Virus record (IMG/VR): IMGVR_UViG_3300042013_000056
Coordinates: 96,001 to 160,000 of that record
Source: a virus
Length of the DNA: 64,000 bases
Strand: one strand, 5' to 3'
The translations under genes were made by a program, and so were the position numbers. How positions within the stretch are numbered: position 1 is the stretch's first letter; each line of letters opens with the position of its first letter. Below, one piece after another: positions 1 to 10,314 of the stretch. Under the pieces are notes generated by a model that worked only from the letters and a program-made list of their open reading frames with translations, did no database searches and was not told where the DNA came from.

Positions 1-870
1 TGCAAAGGTCATCAGGCGACCGCGCAGAGAACGTTTCGGGTTGTCGAACAATTTTACATCAATGATCGACTTGCGCAGCACCTTTTCAGGCACATGCAGT
101 TTTGTTTCTTCGAACAGTTCGCGAAGCGCACCGTCTTCTACAGTTTCATCTGTCTGGACGAACCCACCGGGGAGAGCCAATTGCCCTTTGCCGGGGATGT
201 TCTTACGACGGATCAACAGAATGTGGCTCTTGCACAACACAACAGCATCGGCAGTCACATCGTTGATTGGATACTTCTTGCGACGGTTTTCCGGGTACGC
301 TTTGTGAAAACGATACTCGGCCATGATCCCACGGAACAGTTCTGTACCAATGTATTTCTCATTGATATAGTTCCAAACCGGATACGGCATCATGCAACCA
401 GCGTCATCAAAATCGCCTTCGAACATAAGTTCGCGAATCTTGGTGGCTGCCATTTCATCGTCGCCATGCATTTTTGCACCGGTTTCAATGAAATCCCACG
501 TTGGGAACAGGTCAAGATAGAAGCTTGTGGCATCTTTCTTGTGGCCGACAATGGCGATGTTGGTATTTGATGTAACGTGACGACCTGCAAGACGCATGAT
601 TTCAGCGGCCCACAGATCATTTGACGGCATGTCGTTCATGAGTTCGACTACAACCATAGGTTCGGTCAAACCGTTCGTTGCGTGATACACCATCAGTTCG
701 CGTTGGTCATTGGTGAATGGATTTCGTTCATCGCGTGGTGCGTTGGAACTACCCAGAACAACCAGAACTTTGTCTGCGATGCTGGCAGCGTGTTTGATGT
801 TTTCCAAATGGGCATCATGCAATGGTGCCATCCGGCCAATGAATACAGCGAGTTGATATTTCTTTGACAC
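1..870 (-). CDS. Bifunctional NMN adenylyltransferase / ADP-ribose pyrophosphatase (NadM-Nudix, NatV-like), runs off the window start
   Basis: Not in the ORF track. Manual translation from GTG at 870 gives MSKKYQLAVFIGRMAPLHDAH (HxxH nucleotidyltransferase motif), GSSNAPRDERNPF, VGHKKDATSFYL and the Nudix box GGFVQTDETVEDGALRELFEET. The frame is open to base 1. Confidence 0.9.
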   Translation of the reverse strand, partial: MSKKYQLAVFIGRMAPLHDAHLENIKHAASIADKVLVVLGSSNAPRDERNPFTNDQRELMVYHATNGLTEPMVVVELMNDMPSNDLWAAEIMRLAGRHVTSNTNIAIVGHKKDATSFYLDLFPTWDFIETGAKMHGDDEMAATKIRELMFEGDFDDAGCMMPYPVWNYINEKYIGTELFRGIMAEYRFHKAYPENRRKKYPINDVTADAVVLCKSHILLIRRKNIPGKGQLALPGGFVQTDETVEDGALRELFEETKLHVPEKVLRKSIIDVKLFDNPKRSLRGRLMTFA

Positions 871-945
871 CTCTTTGAACCCCTCAAAATTTGTGTCGAG
901 TATTAAAACAGAACCACCAACAGAATGCAAGTGGTTCTGTTCGTT

Positions 946-1431
946 TTATTCTGCCGCTCGAATCAACCAGCCTCTTATGAAGACTGCTTTCTTCGGATCG
1001 GCTGCAACCAGACTCTTATAATACTCTGCTTGGACGCTACGATAAACATTCAACAGAACAGAATTGTCCACTGAGTTGATTGCTGCAAGCGTACCGGGGC
1101 CGAACACACCGTCTACCACAAGGGATTTGCCCATCTGGTTCAGTGCTTGTTGGATGAATTTCACCCCACGTTTGGTGCCGGTGTTGACAGATGTATCAAA
1201 CAGCTTGGTCGCCATTGCATCATCTACGATTTCTTCGTAACGATACGGTTTCCAGAAATCATCAAAATAAATCTGTTTCGCTTTCGCGATGGTCAGATTC
1301 TTTATGTCCACATGTGGGTATGAACGTTTGCTGATTCCATATTTTGTTTCACCGCCCGGATCATTAGGGTTATTGACATAACCACCTTCATGTGCCAGAA
1401 CGATGGATACTGCTTTTTCAAAATTCGACAT
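946..1431 (-). CDS. Endolysin, glycoside hydrolase family 108 plus peptidoglycan-binding domain
   Basis: EGGYVNNPNDPGGETKYGIS motif; C-terminal DGVFGPGTLAA and FIRGWLIR. Confidence 0.9.
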   Translation of the reverse strand: MSNFEKAVSIVLAHEGGYVNNPNDPGGETKYGISKRSYPHVDIKNLTIAKAKQIYFDDFWKPYRYEEIVDDAMATKLFDTSVNTGTKRGVKFIQQALNQMGKSLVVDGVFGPGTLAAINSVDNSVLLNVYRSVQAEYYKSLVAADPKKAVFIRGWLIRAAE

Positions 1432-1468
1432 TTGTTGTGTCCTCCATCCCTATTTACGGGGCAAAGGA

Positions 1469-1705
1469 TCACTTACAAAACAGATCAAACAATGCAGGTT
1501 GTATCAAAGCCTTTTCGTGATGCTCGAACCATCCAGTGAATGGTTTATCACCATAAATGAGCAAACAGAACGGCAGATCATCAGGCGTCCAATAAGTCAT
1601 GGCGTAACCATGGTATCCGAAGCCAATGCCTGAATATCTGGTCACATCCATGAGATATTTCGAAACAAATGATCCCCGACGTTCTTCGACGGGGGTATAA
1701 ATCAT
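1469..1705 (-). CDS. Hypothetical protein
   Basis: 78 aa ORF, start overlaps the stop of the upstream gene. Confidence 0.5.
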   Translation of the reverse strand: MIYTPVEERRGSFVSKYLMDVTRYSGIGFGYHGYAMTYWTPDDLPFCLLIYGDKPFTGWFEHHEKALIQPALFDLFCK

Positions 1706-2763
1706 TCCGCAGTCGAATCAATCAGATTCAACCACTGACCACGAATGGTCAACGCGGTATGGGCACCAACACGTTTCGACAGCAACGACCAGCTTTCGTC
1801 ATCAGACAGTTTGTAGCCTTCGTCTTTCTCGAAGTCTTCCAGAGCATCGCGGGTCAGATCGCCTTGCAGACGACCGAAATCCTTCTGCGTAACAACACCG
1901 ATCTTTGATACAACCGAGTTCAGACGGTTCACGTTGATGTACGAACAGATTTTATCCAACTTGGCTTGGGTGTCTTCGTCCAGAGTCGCAGCCGACTTGA
2001 TCTTGACTTCTTTTTCTTTCTCGTTGAACAGCTTGTTTTTCTGTTTCAAGATCACACGATCACCGTTATCCGTGCGGTAATCTTCTGTGTAACCACGAAT
2101 CACAAAGCCTTCGCCGTAGTCTGCATCGGTTCGAGGATGATTTTGATCAATCCCGTAGGCCGCTGGAACCTTGGTGTAAAACAATGGATCGATTTTGATC
2201 AGTTCTTCGAGGGTATCAACCGCGATTACTGGCACAGTTTTCAGGTGCTTCATGGAATCTGGTTCCATGAAATTCGCGTCTTCCAACAGTTCTTGGATAG
2301 CAACGAACGGGATGTAACGAGATACGCCGGTTTCGAATTCCAGTCGAATATCAAACACCATGAATTCGTTGTCTGGGTGGTAGTTCATACCAGCCTGAAC
2401 CTGCTTGGCACCGGTATTGGTCACGCCTTGGTAACGACCACCGAAGATTTCACCGTAAACCGTCATCTGGTTCAAGGTTGGGAATTCGGCCTTGATCAGT
2501 TCATAGACGGTTTTGATGATTGACGAATACTTGCCGTAGAAACGGGTGTGCCCGTAGAACGTCGAAATATCATCGATCAGACCAGAACGTTTTGCAACGC
2601 GCATGTCACCGTTGGCAACCACGAACGAAAAGTTCGCACCATGGATTTTTTCCAGTGCAACCATGGTATTGCTACCAACAGCAAACGCGCATTTGTCCAA
2701 CCATGCTTGACGGTACGAGTTTTCGATGGAATTGTATTTGGTAAAGACGAGTTTGTTGCTCAC
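1702..2763 (-). CDS. rnlB: RNA ligase 2 (Rnl2 family)
   Basis: Motif I EKIHGANFS, then YGEIFGG, FMVFDI, EGFVIR and KQKNKLFNE. Confidence 0.9.
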   Translation of the reverse strand: MSNKLVFTKYNSIENSYRQAWLDKCAFAVGSNTMVALEKIHGANFSFVVANGDMRVAKRSGLIDDISTFYGHTRFYGKYSSIIKTVYELIKAEFPTLNQMTVYGEIFGGRYQGVTNTGAKQVQAGMNYHPDNEFMVFDIRLEFETGVSRYIPFVAIQELLEDANFMEPDSMKHLKTVPVIAVDTLEELIKIDPLFYTKVPAAYGIDQNHPRTDADYGEGFVIRGYTEDYRTDNGDRVILKQKNKLFNEKEKEVKIKSAATLDEDTQAKLDKICSYINVNRLNSVVSKIGVVTQKDFGRLQGDLTRDALEDFEKDEGYKLSDDESWSLLSKRVGAHTALTIRGQWLNLIDSTAE

Positions 2764-2766
2764 GAA

Positions 2767-3138
2767 TTATTCCTCAGTTTCGGTATCACCGTTCGAGTTC
2801 ATTCCCCGAGCGGCATTTTTAATTGATTTCACTTTGTCTATCAGAATCGATATTTGAAGTTTCGTCATAGGGATTGTCCCATCACCTTGCATCAATGTTG
2901 TATCAATCATCCCTTTCAAACGAAATTCAGCGCGTTTGCTGGCACGTTCGCCATTTATAAACACCTTGATATCGATGAATGTTATTTCCAGACGGTGTTG
3001 CCACAACAACTTCAAGTAATCTTGAATGATGTCAAAGTTGACTGTGATTTCGTCACGGTAATATCTGGTAGTTTCAGCACGGACGAAAACTGAATGAACT
3101 AATCGAACCGTGCTGAAAACACATCTAATTTCTCTCAA
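2767..3138 (-). CDS. Hypothetical protein
   Basis: 123 aa ORF packed in the operon. Confidence 0.55.
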   Translation of the reverse strand: MREIRCVFSTVRLVHSVFVRAETTRYYRDEITVNFDIIQDYLKLLWQHRLEITFIDIKVFINGERASKRAEFRLKGMIDTTLMQGDGTIPMTKLQISILIDKVKSIKNAARGMNSNGDTETEE

Positions 3139-3422
3139 TCGATATCTGGTTCAAGTTTGTCGTACAGGTCATCATCGTAAGACATCTGAATTTCGGTCTT
3201 GATTTTATCCAAGAAGAAATTCGATGCGAACATATCCATGTTCGTGATGAAGTCAGGCAAACCGTCATCGTCGATAGTAATCATGATGTGACGTTTGTTG
3301 TCCATGACACGACTAATCAGTTCGTCTCGATGCTCGACGTATTGCTCTGTTACCGAAGGCAATGTCGTGACATTAATCTTCGGCACCAGAGAAAACACAT
3401 TATTCTTTTTGTCATCAGACAT
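3135..3422 (-). CDS. Hypothetical protein
   Basis: 95 aa ORF with coupled start/stop overlaps. Confidence 0.6.
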   Translation of the reverse strand: MSDDKKNNVFSLVPKINVTTLPSVTEQYVEHRDELISRVMDNKRHIMITIDDDGLPDFITNMDMFASNFFLDKIKTEIQMSYDDDLYDKLEPDID

Positions 3423-4291
3423 TAGAAGTTACCCAGTTGAACTTGGTAGCAACGCAGACCCATCGCACGCCACATGGCAACTACTTGGTTGCGATCATCG
3501 AATACACCACGCACGTTGTAGAACGGTGCGATGTCGCGGTGATAGATATCGTGCTTGATGATCGAATCACGTACCTGAGAGCCCGCAGGGCGCATCAGAA
3601 GCTGATCGCAGATAACATCGTTATCATCCAGCCACTGTTGAGTTTCTTCGCGGCATACACCATCACGGCCACTCACAACGATGATTTCATGACCAGTCTC
3701 GCAAAGATCGCGGGTCATTTGAATTACATCTTCATATGGGGCATCTTTACCGACTTTCTTCCAATCGAACGGTCCACGAACACCTTCCATGTTGGCAAGA
3801 GTTCCATCGATATCGAAAACAAATGCCTTCGGCACACTCGCATTGCTATAATCAGCTTTCTGCAACGGGAACTGTTCACGGTATTCGGTATAAAACCGGG
3901 TAACCACCTTGTCGTCTACAACTTTGGATTGATCATCACGATTGCGGTTGCGTTCGATCAAATCATCCAAGAGCAAATGACCGCCAACATGAATAACATC
4001 AACTTCCGAACCCATAGACGAACAGAAATGAATCCATTTGTTACGTGTTTCCGGGTTGATGCAAGTGTCAGAGATAACAATGCTTTTACCGGCAAGTAAT
4101 GCCCTACGTGCGCGTTCAACTTGAACTGCCGTAACTTTGTTTTCATCAATCCCGCCGCCGTACCACACCCCGTAGAGTTCCATCCGAATAAGGTCACGTT
4201 CAAGTTGCACATAACCTTTATCCACGAATTGACGGGCGACGGTCGATTTACCTGAACCGGGAACGCCCACCAAAATTTTAGTTTTCCGCAC
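3422..4291 (-). CDS. pseT: Polynucleotide 5'-kinase / 3'-phosphatase
   Basis: P-loop GVPGSGKST; HAD motif DIDGTLA; VSGRD; FDDRNQVV. Confidence 0.93.
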   Translation of the reverse strand: MRKTKILVGVPGSGKSTVARQFVDKGYVQLERDLIRMELYGVWYGGGIDENKVTAVQVERARRALLAGKSIVISDTCINPETRNKWIHFCSSMGSEVDVIHVGGHLLLDDLIERNRNRDDQSKVVDDKVVTRFYTEYREQFPLQKADYSNASVPKAFVFDIDGTLANMEGVRGPFDWKKVGKDAPYEDVIQMTRDLCETGHEIIVVSGRDGVCREETQQWLDDNDVICDQLLMRPAGSQVRDSIIKHDIYHRDIAPFYNVRGVFDDRNQVVAMWRAMGLRCYQVQLGNF

Positions 4292-5426
4292 TATCTCTTT
4301 CGAACTCCTTCAAAATATAATCACTGGCATTGCGAATCATCAGTTGTTTAACCTGACTTTCAAAGTCTTTGCCTTGCATGATGCTCATCTGCGCATGGAA
4401 ACCCCATGGTTCAGATGTTGTGTCCCAATATTCTTTGGCTGCAATTGCGTAGGTCTTTCGATCTTCGCCTTGGTGACCGATATGGAACAATTCTACATGG
4501 GTAACAACCCGATTATAAACATTCGAAACAGAAATCTCATATGCATTGATTTTGTCAATAACCAACTGATCACCGGTGAACATGGATTTCAGGTCATCGA
4601 CCTTTTCCATCAGGACCAATTCAATCAAAGCCTTGCTGTTTGATACAGAGTCTTTGTTGCGATGCAAACTCAGATACCAGTCGCCCTTGAGCTTGAAGGG
4701 TACATTGTTTGATGTAATCCCTACACAGCCTTCGGAGCCAACCAGATTCTTGACCGCTTCGACCAGATCACCTTCATATTCGAACTGTTCAACCCAGCAC
4801 CCGAGCAAATCCCACAGTTCCAAGTCTTCGACGATATCAGACCCGTACATAATCCCGGTGTCATTGTCGATCACCGAGAACGCAACCAGAGCTGGTTTTT
4901 CATAACCAACAACGATTCGGTTCCATGGTGCAGTCCATTCGAGATTGACTGTGAAATCCCGTGCTGCAAGGCGTCTCAGATCAGCCAGCAGAGCCGGTTG
5001 GGTCTTGAGCCATGCCATTGCATCATTCGCTTGTTCCGAGCCTGTAGAGCCCTTAGATTTCAAGCGGAGTTCACCATTGGTGTGGATGTAGGTAGACATC
5101 AACGAACCATCTTCCTTGACCATGCACGAATACAAGTCGGTCAAGTCCAAATCCATGGTCATTGGGTTTTCGTTCAGGTTGAAGAATTTCTTCTGTGGTC
5201 GGCAAACCAAATCCACATACGAACCATCACGGCCTACCAGAAACATTGTTCCTCGGCATTCCAATGCACCCGGCAACAGAAAATCTGAGTAAGATGCCAA
5301 CCGATAGTTGAAAATCCTGTACATGGTGTGTTGTTCGTCTGCTGGAAAGTCCTTGAAAAAGAACGCATCCGATTCAGTCAATGCCATAAGGTTTTGATAC
5401 AATTGTTCTGGGGCCACGTTGTTCAT
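4278..5426 (-). CDS. rnlA: RNA ligase 1
   Basis: ECRG, KFFNLNEN, adenylation motif KEDGSL, EGCV, KLKGDWY. Confidence 0.92.
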   Translation of the reverse strand: MNNVAPEQLYQNLMALTESDAFFFKDFPADEQHTMYRIFNYRLASYSDFLLPGALECRGTMFLVGRDGSYVDLVCRPQKKFFNLNENPMTMDLDLTDLYSCMVKEDGSLMSTYIHTNGELRLKSKGSTGSEQANDAMAWLKTQPALLADLRRLAARDFTVNLEWTAPWNRIVVGYEKPALVAFSVIDNDTGIMYGSDIVEDLELWDLLGCWVEQFEYEGDLVEAVKNLVGSEGCVGITSNNVPFKLKGDWYLSLHRNKDSVSNSKALIELVLMEKVDDLKSMFTGDQLVIDKINAYEISVSNVYNRVVTHVELFHIGHQGEDRKTYAIAAKEYWDTTSEPWGFHAQMSIMQGKDFESQVKQLMIRNASDYILKEFERDSAEN

Positions 5427-5755
5427 TAAATTTCCTCAATCCATATATTCGTGGGGTTATCTTTGGAAAATAGCTGTTCGAATCCGGCTACGGTAAGTAT
5501 CCCGATCAGTTCATCCATTTGTCTTGCAACGAAGTAACGCACTTCGGTTCCATTAAATTCCACACGAACGGTATCCACAAATTCACCCGGAATTAGTGGG
5601 ACATTAACGTCTAGAACTGTAATGTAAGAGTTTTGTGATTCATCCCAGACGCAACATTTTGGAATGTGGCTCCACAGGAATGAATCGTTTGCAACTAAAC
5701 GATACTTTGTTTTGGTATCGAAGGCCGGACCAACCCGGCCTATCAGTGGATTCAG
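5426..5755 (-). CDS. Possible hypothetical protein with non-canonical start
   Basis: Stop-free 110-codon frame fills the gap exactly and its TAA overlaps the rnlA ATG. No ATG in frame; CTG overlaps the upstream TGA. Confidence 0.45.
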   Translation of the reverse strand: MNPLIGRVGPAFDTKTKYRLVANDSFLWSHIPKCCVWDESQNSYITVLDVNVPLIPGEFVDTVRVEFNGTEVRYFVARQMDELIGILTVAGFEQLFSKDNPTNIWIEEI

Positions 5756-6135
5756 GCAGCACCCGCCAACCAGCGACCGATGTGATTCATCGAACTCGCG
5801 GTTTCCGTCAGTACATCATTGATAGAATTCAACATCTTTTCCATCAAAGGTGCTTGGAGATTTGGTGTCTTTTTCAAGAACACAACTTCTTCACCTTTCC
5901 CACGCAGGTAATCTTGAACCGTGAAATACGGTTTCTTACCCTGATGGAATTCGTACTTGTACACCACACCATGTTTCTGGTCTGGTTTCTCAAAGATACG
6001 AATCTTATAGTCAGGCAGAATGATCCATTGAATGTAGCCTTCATCATCCATTTTGAATTTCGCCACGGAAGCGCATTCAAGCAGGTCACGGTTTTGGATC
6101 AAACTAGTAATTAACAAAACGGCTTTATGTGTCAA
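5752..6135 (-). CDS. Hypothetical protein
   Basis: 127 aa ORF. Confidence 0.55.
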   Translation of the reverse strand: MTHKAVLLITSLIQNRDLLECASVAKFKMDDEGYIQWIILPDYKIRIFEKPDQKHGVVYKYEFHQGKKPYFTVQDYLRGKGEEVVFLKKTPNLQAPLMEKMLNSINDVLTETASSMNHIGRWLAGAA

Positions 6136-6155
6136 TGTAAATTCCCCGTGATTGA

Positions 6156-6827
6156 TTAAATATCTTTGCTTGCGTAAAACGTGTGGTCACCGATTTTCAC
6201 GGTTTTGTTGAACGCGTAAACCCACGTTGGCAACGTTTTGACCTTTGATTTGTTCAAATAATGATCAGCACCTTTGGTTGTATCTTTCAAAATACCATTG
6301 GTTGCTTTCCATGCCACGTAGCCAGCTTTGTACCGCGATTCTTCGTCAGCCATTTTCCGGTTTTTCAACTGGCACATGTAACTGAACTGGCAAACCCAGC
6401 CATTTTTAGTCCACTTTTTCTGGTTCACGACACCCGCAACAGAATTCGGATACTTACCCGAGTTCACACGGTTCATGACCACATTCGCAACAGCTTTCAT
6501 ACCTTCAAGGTCACCGCCGCGATCTTCAAAGTAAACAGCTTCCGCCAGCTTCGCACACTCCCGAACCTTGAAACATTTCTTGGAATGTGACAGAAATTCT
6601 GGTTCTTTCTGTTGTTTGATATGATCCAATTCTTTATCGGCTGCAACCTGCTTGGATTGAATCATCAGAATACGTTCAACCGCATCACGGCCTACGGATT
6701 CGTTTGCATCAATCCTAGCTTCCTTTGTATCATTCAAACGCTCTTGCGTACTGTTCATGTTGTTGATCAGGGGCACAGTCATAATGCCAGCGAACACCAA
6801 CGCGCCTACTTCAAGATATTTGAGCAT
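6156..6827 (-). CDS. SleB-like cell wall hydrolase (Hydrolase_2) with N-terminal membrane anchor
   Basis: LAEAVYFEDRG, AVANVVMNRV, CQFS, GADHY, IGDHTFY. Confidence 0.88.
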   Translation of the reverse strand: MLKYLEVGALVFAGIMTVPLINNMNSTQERLNDTKEARIDANESVGRDAVERILMIQSKQVAADKELDHIKQQKEPEFLSHSKKCFKVRECAKLAEAVYFEDRGGDLEGMKAVANVVMNRVNSGKYPNSVAGVVNQKKWTKNGWVCQFSYMCQLKNRKMADEESRYKAGYVAWKATNGILKDTTKGADHYLNKSKVKTLPTWVYAFNKTVKIGDHTFYASKDI

Positions 6828-6837
6828 TATTTTTACC

Positions 6838-7131
6838 TTAGAAGGGTAACAAAACCGCTACAGGTTCATGAGAAATCTTCTCAATGAAACGACGGATCAT
6901 ACCTTGATCGGCACGTTCCATCATTTTGCGATAACCCATGTACGTCAGCGGTTTCCCATAAGTGCTGGTGAACCCCAACATGTTCAGAACTTCGACCAGC
7001 CACTTTTCGTTTTCGACTTCTTCTTCGAAGCCCATTTTGATCAAAAGTTGTACAGTTACAACGATTTCTTGCACGATTTCTTCGGTCTTGGCTTTCTTAC
7101 CAGAAACGATTTCATTTTCAATTGCAGTCAT
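6838..7131 (-). CDS. asiA: Anti-sigma70 protein AsiA
   Basis: EIVVTVQLLIKMGFEEEVEN...LNMLG...GKPLTYMGYRKMM aligns by eye to T4 AsiA EIITVASILIKFSREDIVEN...LNEIG...GRKLNQNSFRKIV. Confidence 0.75.
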   Translation of the reverse strand: MTAIENEIVSGKKAKTEEIVQEIVVTVQLLIKMGFEEEVENEKWLVEVLNMLGFTSTYGKPLTYMGYRKMMERADQGMIRRFIEKISHEPVAVLLPF

Positions 7132-7175
7132 TCTTATCTCACAATGGGCACATGGTTGATTTACTACGAACAGAA

Positions 7176-8474
7176 TTAAATCTGTTTCAAATCAGATTGG
7201 AACTGATCTTGTGGGGTAGCATCTTTCCAGAATTTCCGTTGAGTGTCAAGCTCTTTCGCCGCCGTAATCTGTTTCGTGATTTCATCCGTGGTTAACGAAT
7301 AGAAGTCCATCCCCAGAAGGCTTGGAATGAGTTCTGTTTCAAACGAAACAGAAAGCTCTTTGGTCAGTTCAGATTTGGATTTTCCCTTGAAAACCAATGT
7401 GTTGTCAAGAACAGATCGAATAAATTTGATCTTGGCTACGGCAACCCTCAGTTTCCATTCGGTTTCAGCCAGCCGCTTAGCAATTCGCTGGGTGTAGTAC
7501 GGCAACCGGAAGTCACAGAATTCCTTTACGATTTCGTGTGGACCATCGAATTTCCGCAGTTTACGACCGTCATCCAGAACTGTCAGGTTCTCGGTGAACG
7601 ATGATCGAAGCTTGAACAATTTGATCAAATCATCATTGGTCTTTGTATCAAACCCACGCTTCAAATCGACCTTGAAACAGAATCCGTTTTCACCACAGTC
7701 TTCGTCGTACCTGAGAATGATTCCTTTCTCTTTCAGTTCTTCCAGAACAGCGATGTACTTCACACGGTCGTACTTGAATGGAACTTCACTGATGATCGCG
7801 GTTGTCTTGCCTTTCAGCTCAACGATACCGATTTGATCAAACCCACCCTTGGAATTTGGTTCGATCCGACCTTTGAACCCATAGAACTTCGGGGCTACTT
7901 TGATTGTATCAATGTCCTTACCCTGTACATACTTCAAGCACAGGTTTTTGATATCATCCAACGCATACGGTGGGATGTCAGTTGCGTAGCCGGTTGCGAT
8001 CCCAGAGATACCGTTTACCAGAACCATTGGAATGATCGGCAAATAGAACTTCGGTGGGATGTGTTCCGGGTCTTCATGTGGTGGGCAAAGGTCGTTATCT
8101 TTGAAAATCTTATCCATCAAAGGGTGAACCTGTGCAAACACATAACGCGGGCTGGCAGCTTCTTTGATCAATCGATCACCGAAGTAACCATCACCCAGAA
8201 GGCACGGTTGGTTATTACACCAATCAGCCGCCATCAGACTTGCCGCTTCCTGTGCAGCCGCATCACCGTGGTGATAACCATACTCGGCAATAGCAGCCAA
8301 TGACGATACTTTCAACCATCGGTTATGTGCATTCTTGAACGCAGAGTACATGATGAATCGTTGGGATGGTTTGAATCCATCCACCATGGAAGGAATCGCC
8401 CGGTTCTCGATTGTGTAAATCGAAAACTCACGCCAAGGCCCGTGGGCAAACTGGCTCAATGTAATTTCTGTCAT
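7176..8474 (-). CDS. gp52: DNA topoisomerase II medium subunit
   Basis: RAIPSMVDGFKPSQR, YHHGD, AASPRY, PMVLVNG. Confidence 0.95.
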   Translation of the reverse strand: MTEITLSQFAHGPWREFSIYTIENRAIPSMVDGFKPSQRFIMYSAFKNAHNRWLKVSSLAAIAEYGYHHGDAAAQEAASLMAADWCNNQPCLLGDGYFGDRLIKEAASPRYVFAQVHPLMDKIFKDNDLCPPHEDPEHIPPKFYLPIIPMVLVNGISGIATGYATDIPPYALDDIKNLCLKYVQGKDIDTIKVAPKFYGFKGRIEPNSKGGFDQIGIVELKGKTTAIISEVPFKYDRVKYIAVLEELKEKGIILRYDEDCGENGFCFKVDLKRGFDTKTNDDLIKLFKLRSSFTENLTVLDDGRKLRKFDGPHEIVKEFCDFRLPYYTQRIAKRLAETEWKLRVAVAKIKFIRSVLDNTLVFKGKSKSELTKELSVSFETELIPSLLGMDFYSLTTDEITKQITAAKELDTQRKFWKDATPQDQFQSDLKQI

Positions 8475-10297
8475 ACGTCACCAATCAGTTTCTTACGGGC
8501 GTCACCAAATTTGATGTAATCGCCATACATTGCATCAAACAAGCTTGGGTCATCAATCTTGACCGTCACCATGACAGGACTGGACAAAATGTCTTTGTAC
8601 TCGGCTTTACGCAGAGAACCAAGACCTTTGATATATCGAATTTCATACCCTTTGAGTTTTGATGAAACTGCATCGAACTCGGCTTTGTCATAGTAGTATT
8701 TTCGATCATCTTTCTTGGTTGCCACATACAGTGGTGTCTTAACGATCTTGACCCGATTCATTTGATACAACTCAGGCCACAACCAGAAGAAATTCAGCAA
8801 TAACCCTTGGATCGAGAATCCGTCAAGGTCTTGGTCGGTCATGATCGCAATCGTCCCGTAATTCGGGTTGACTACTTTTTGACCAATCTTCAAACCAAGG
8901 ATGTTGATCAGCTCGCCAAGCTCTTTTGTTCCAAGGATTTCCGACGTTTTCATGCCGGTCACGTTTGGAATCTTGCCTCGCAATGGATACCCACCGTAAA
9001 TCTTTTTCAGTTCCTCTGTACGGGCCGAAACGAATGGACCAATAGCAGAGTCACCTTCTGCGATGAACAACGTCTTCTCGTTCGAATAGCGGCCTGTAGC
9101 GGGGATATGCTTCGCTACGGTCTTGGCAGCAACAGCTTTTTCAGCCATGGTTGCAGCACGGGCATCAGCGGCCATCTGTTTTGCAAGCTGGGCTTGGATG
9201 ATCGGCATAATCAACGCATCATTTTTCAGAATGCTTGCAGCCAGCTTGTCGAACTTGACAGACTCGAAATAACCTGAGATTTCACCACGCGGGTTTGTGA
9301 TTCGTTCCTTGGTCTGGGAATCGAATTTCATGTTCTTCATACCACGGATCACAGAAATCAATTGCAAGTGGCTTTTGATTTGACCCGGTGTCACTTCGAG
9401 CTTGTGTTTCTTTTTGATGCCTTCACGCAGAACATCACACAACTGACCCATGATGTAATCAATGTGCGAACCACCGTTGATGATACTCAGACCATTCACC
9501 AGAGACAAGCAACGGAATTCTTCTGCTTCACTGTTCATGATCCCAATGATAACACCGTCGTCGCTGTGCAGAACGTGTTCTTCCGCAAACTTGGTCATCC
9601 AAGCCTTTGGGGTTCCCAGCTTGACAGTTTCGTCATTGAATTTGAACGTGATTGCAGGGTAACAAACAGCCAAGTTATTCAGGCGGTTGAGAATCAAACC
9701 CTTGAGCGTTTCGTCGATGTTTTTAACACCGAATCTTGAAAACTCTGGCTCAATATAAACCTCTGTAAACTTCTTCGTGCTTTTCTTGACATCAACATTG
9801 CGGATAGTGGCGTTATCGTCACATTCCACAACCAACTTAAACTTACCATCCGAGGTTGTACCGATGAATTTGGAACTGAAAATGTTAGCCAGTGCCGAAC
9901 CCACGCCGTTCATACCGATGGTGTCACGATCTGCATCCGAACCGAAGTTAGAACCTGCTTTGGTTTTACACCATGCAGCTACTGGCAAATAAATGTCTTC
10001 GCCGTCAAGGTCTTTGGTCAGAGTAACCGGGATACCACGGCCATTGTCTTTGATCCAAAACGATTTGTCGGTTACTTTGATATCGATTTGATTGGCATAT
10101 TCCCCACCGGTACGAATGAATTCGTCGATAGAGTTATCAATCAGCTCGTTGAGGATTTTGAACAAACCCGGCACGTATTGAAACGGTTGCCATTTGTAGT
10201 TCAAAAATTGATTGTGTAGCTCGCTAGTTACCGATCCGCAATACATGCCCGGACGTAACAGGATGTGGGCTTTATCATCCAGAATTTGGAACGACAT
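8471..10297 (-). CDS. gp39: DNA topoisomerase II large subunit (unsplit gp39+60)
   Basis: HILLRPGMY, ELIDNSIDE, DNGRGIP, EGDSA, PLRGK, MTDQDLDG, YIKGLGSL. Confidence 0.95.
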   Translation of the reverse strand: MSFQILDDKAHILLRPGMYCGSVTSELHNQFLNYKWQPFQYVPGLFKILNELIDNSIDEFIRTGGEYANQIDIKVTDKSFWIKDNGRGIPVTLTKDLDGEDIYLPVAAWCKTKAGSNFGSDADRDTIGMNGVGSALANIFSSKFIGTTSDGKFKLVVECDDNATIRNVDVKKSTKKFTEVYIEPEFSRFGVKNIDETLKGLILNRLNNLAVCYPAITFKFNDETVKLGTPKAWMTKFAEEHVLHSDDGVIIGIMNSEAEEFRCLSLVNGLSIINGGSHIDYIMGQLCDVLREGIKKKHKLEVTPGQIKSHLQLISVIRGMKNMKFDSQTKERITNPRGEISGYFESVKFDKLAASILKNDALIMPIIQAQLAKQMAADARAATMAEKAVAAKTVAKHIPATGRYSNEKTLFIAEGDSAIGPFVSARTEELKKIYGGYPLRGKIPNVTGMKTSEILGTKELGELINILGLKIGQKVVNPNYGTIAIMTDQDLDGFSIQGLLLNFFWLWPELYQMNRVKIVKTPLYVATKKDDRKYYYDKAEFDAVSSKLKGYEIRYIKGLGSLRKAEYKDILSSPVMVTVKIDDPSLFDAMYGDYIKFGDARKKLIGDV

Positions 10298-10314
10298 TGA
10301 ATCTCCTAAAACAG

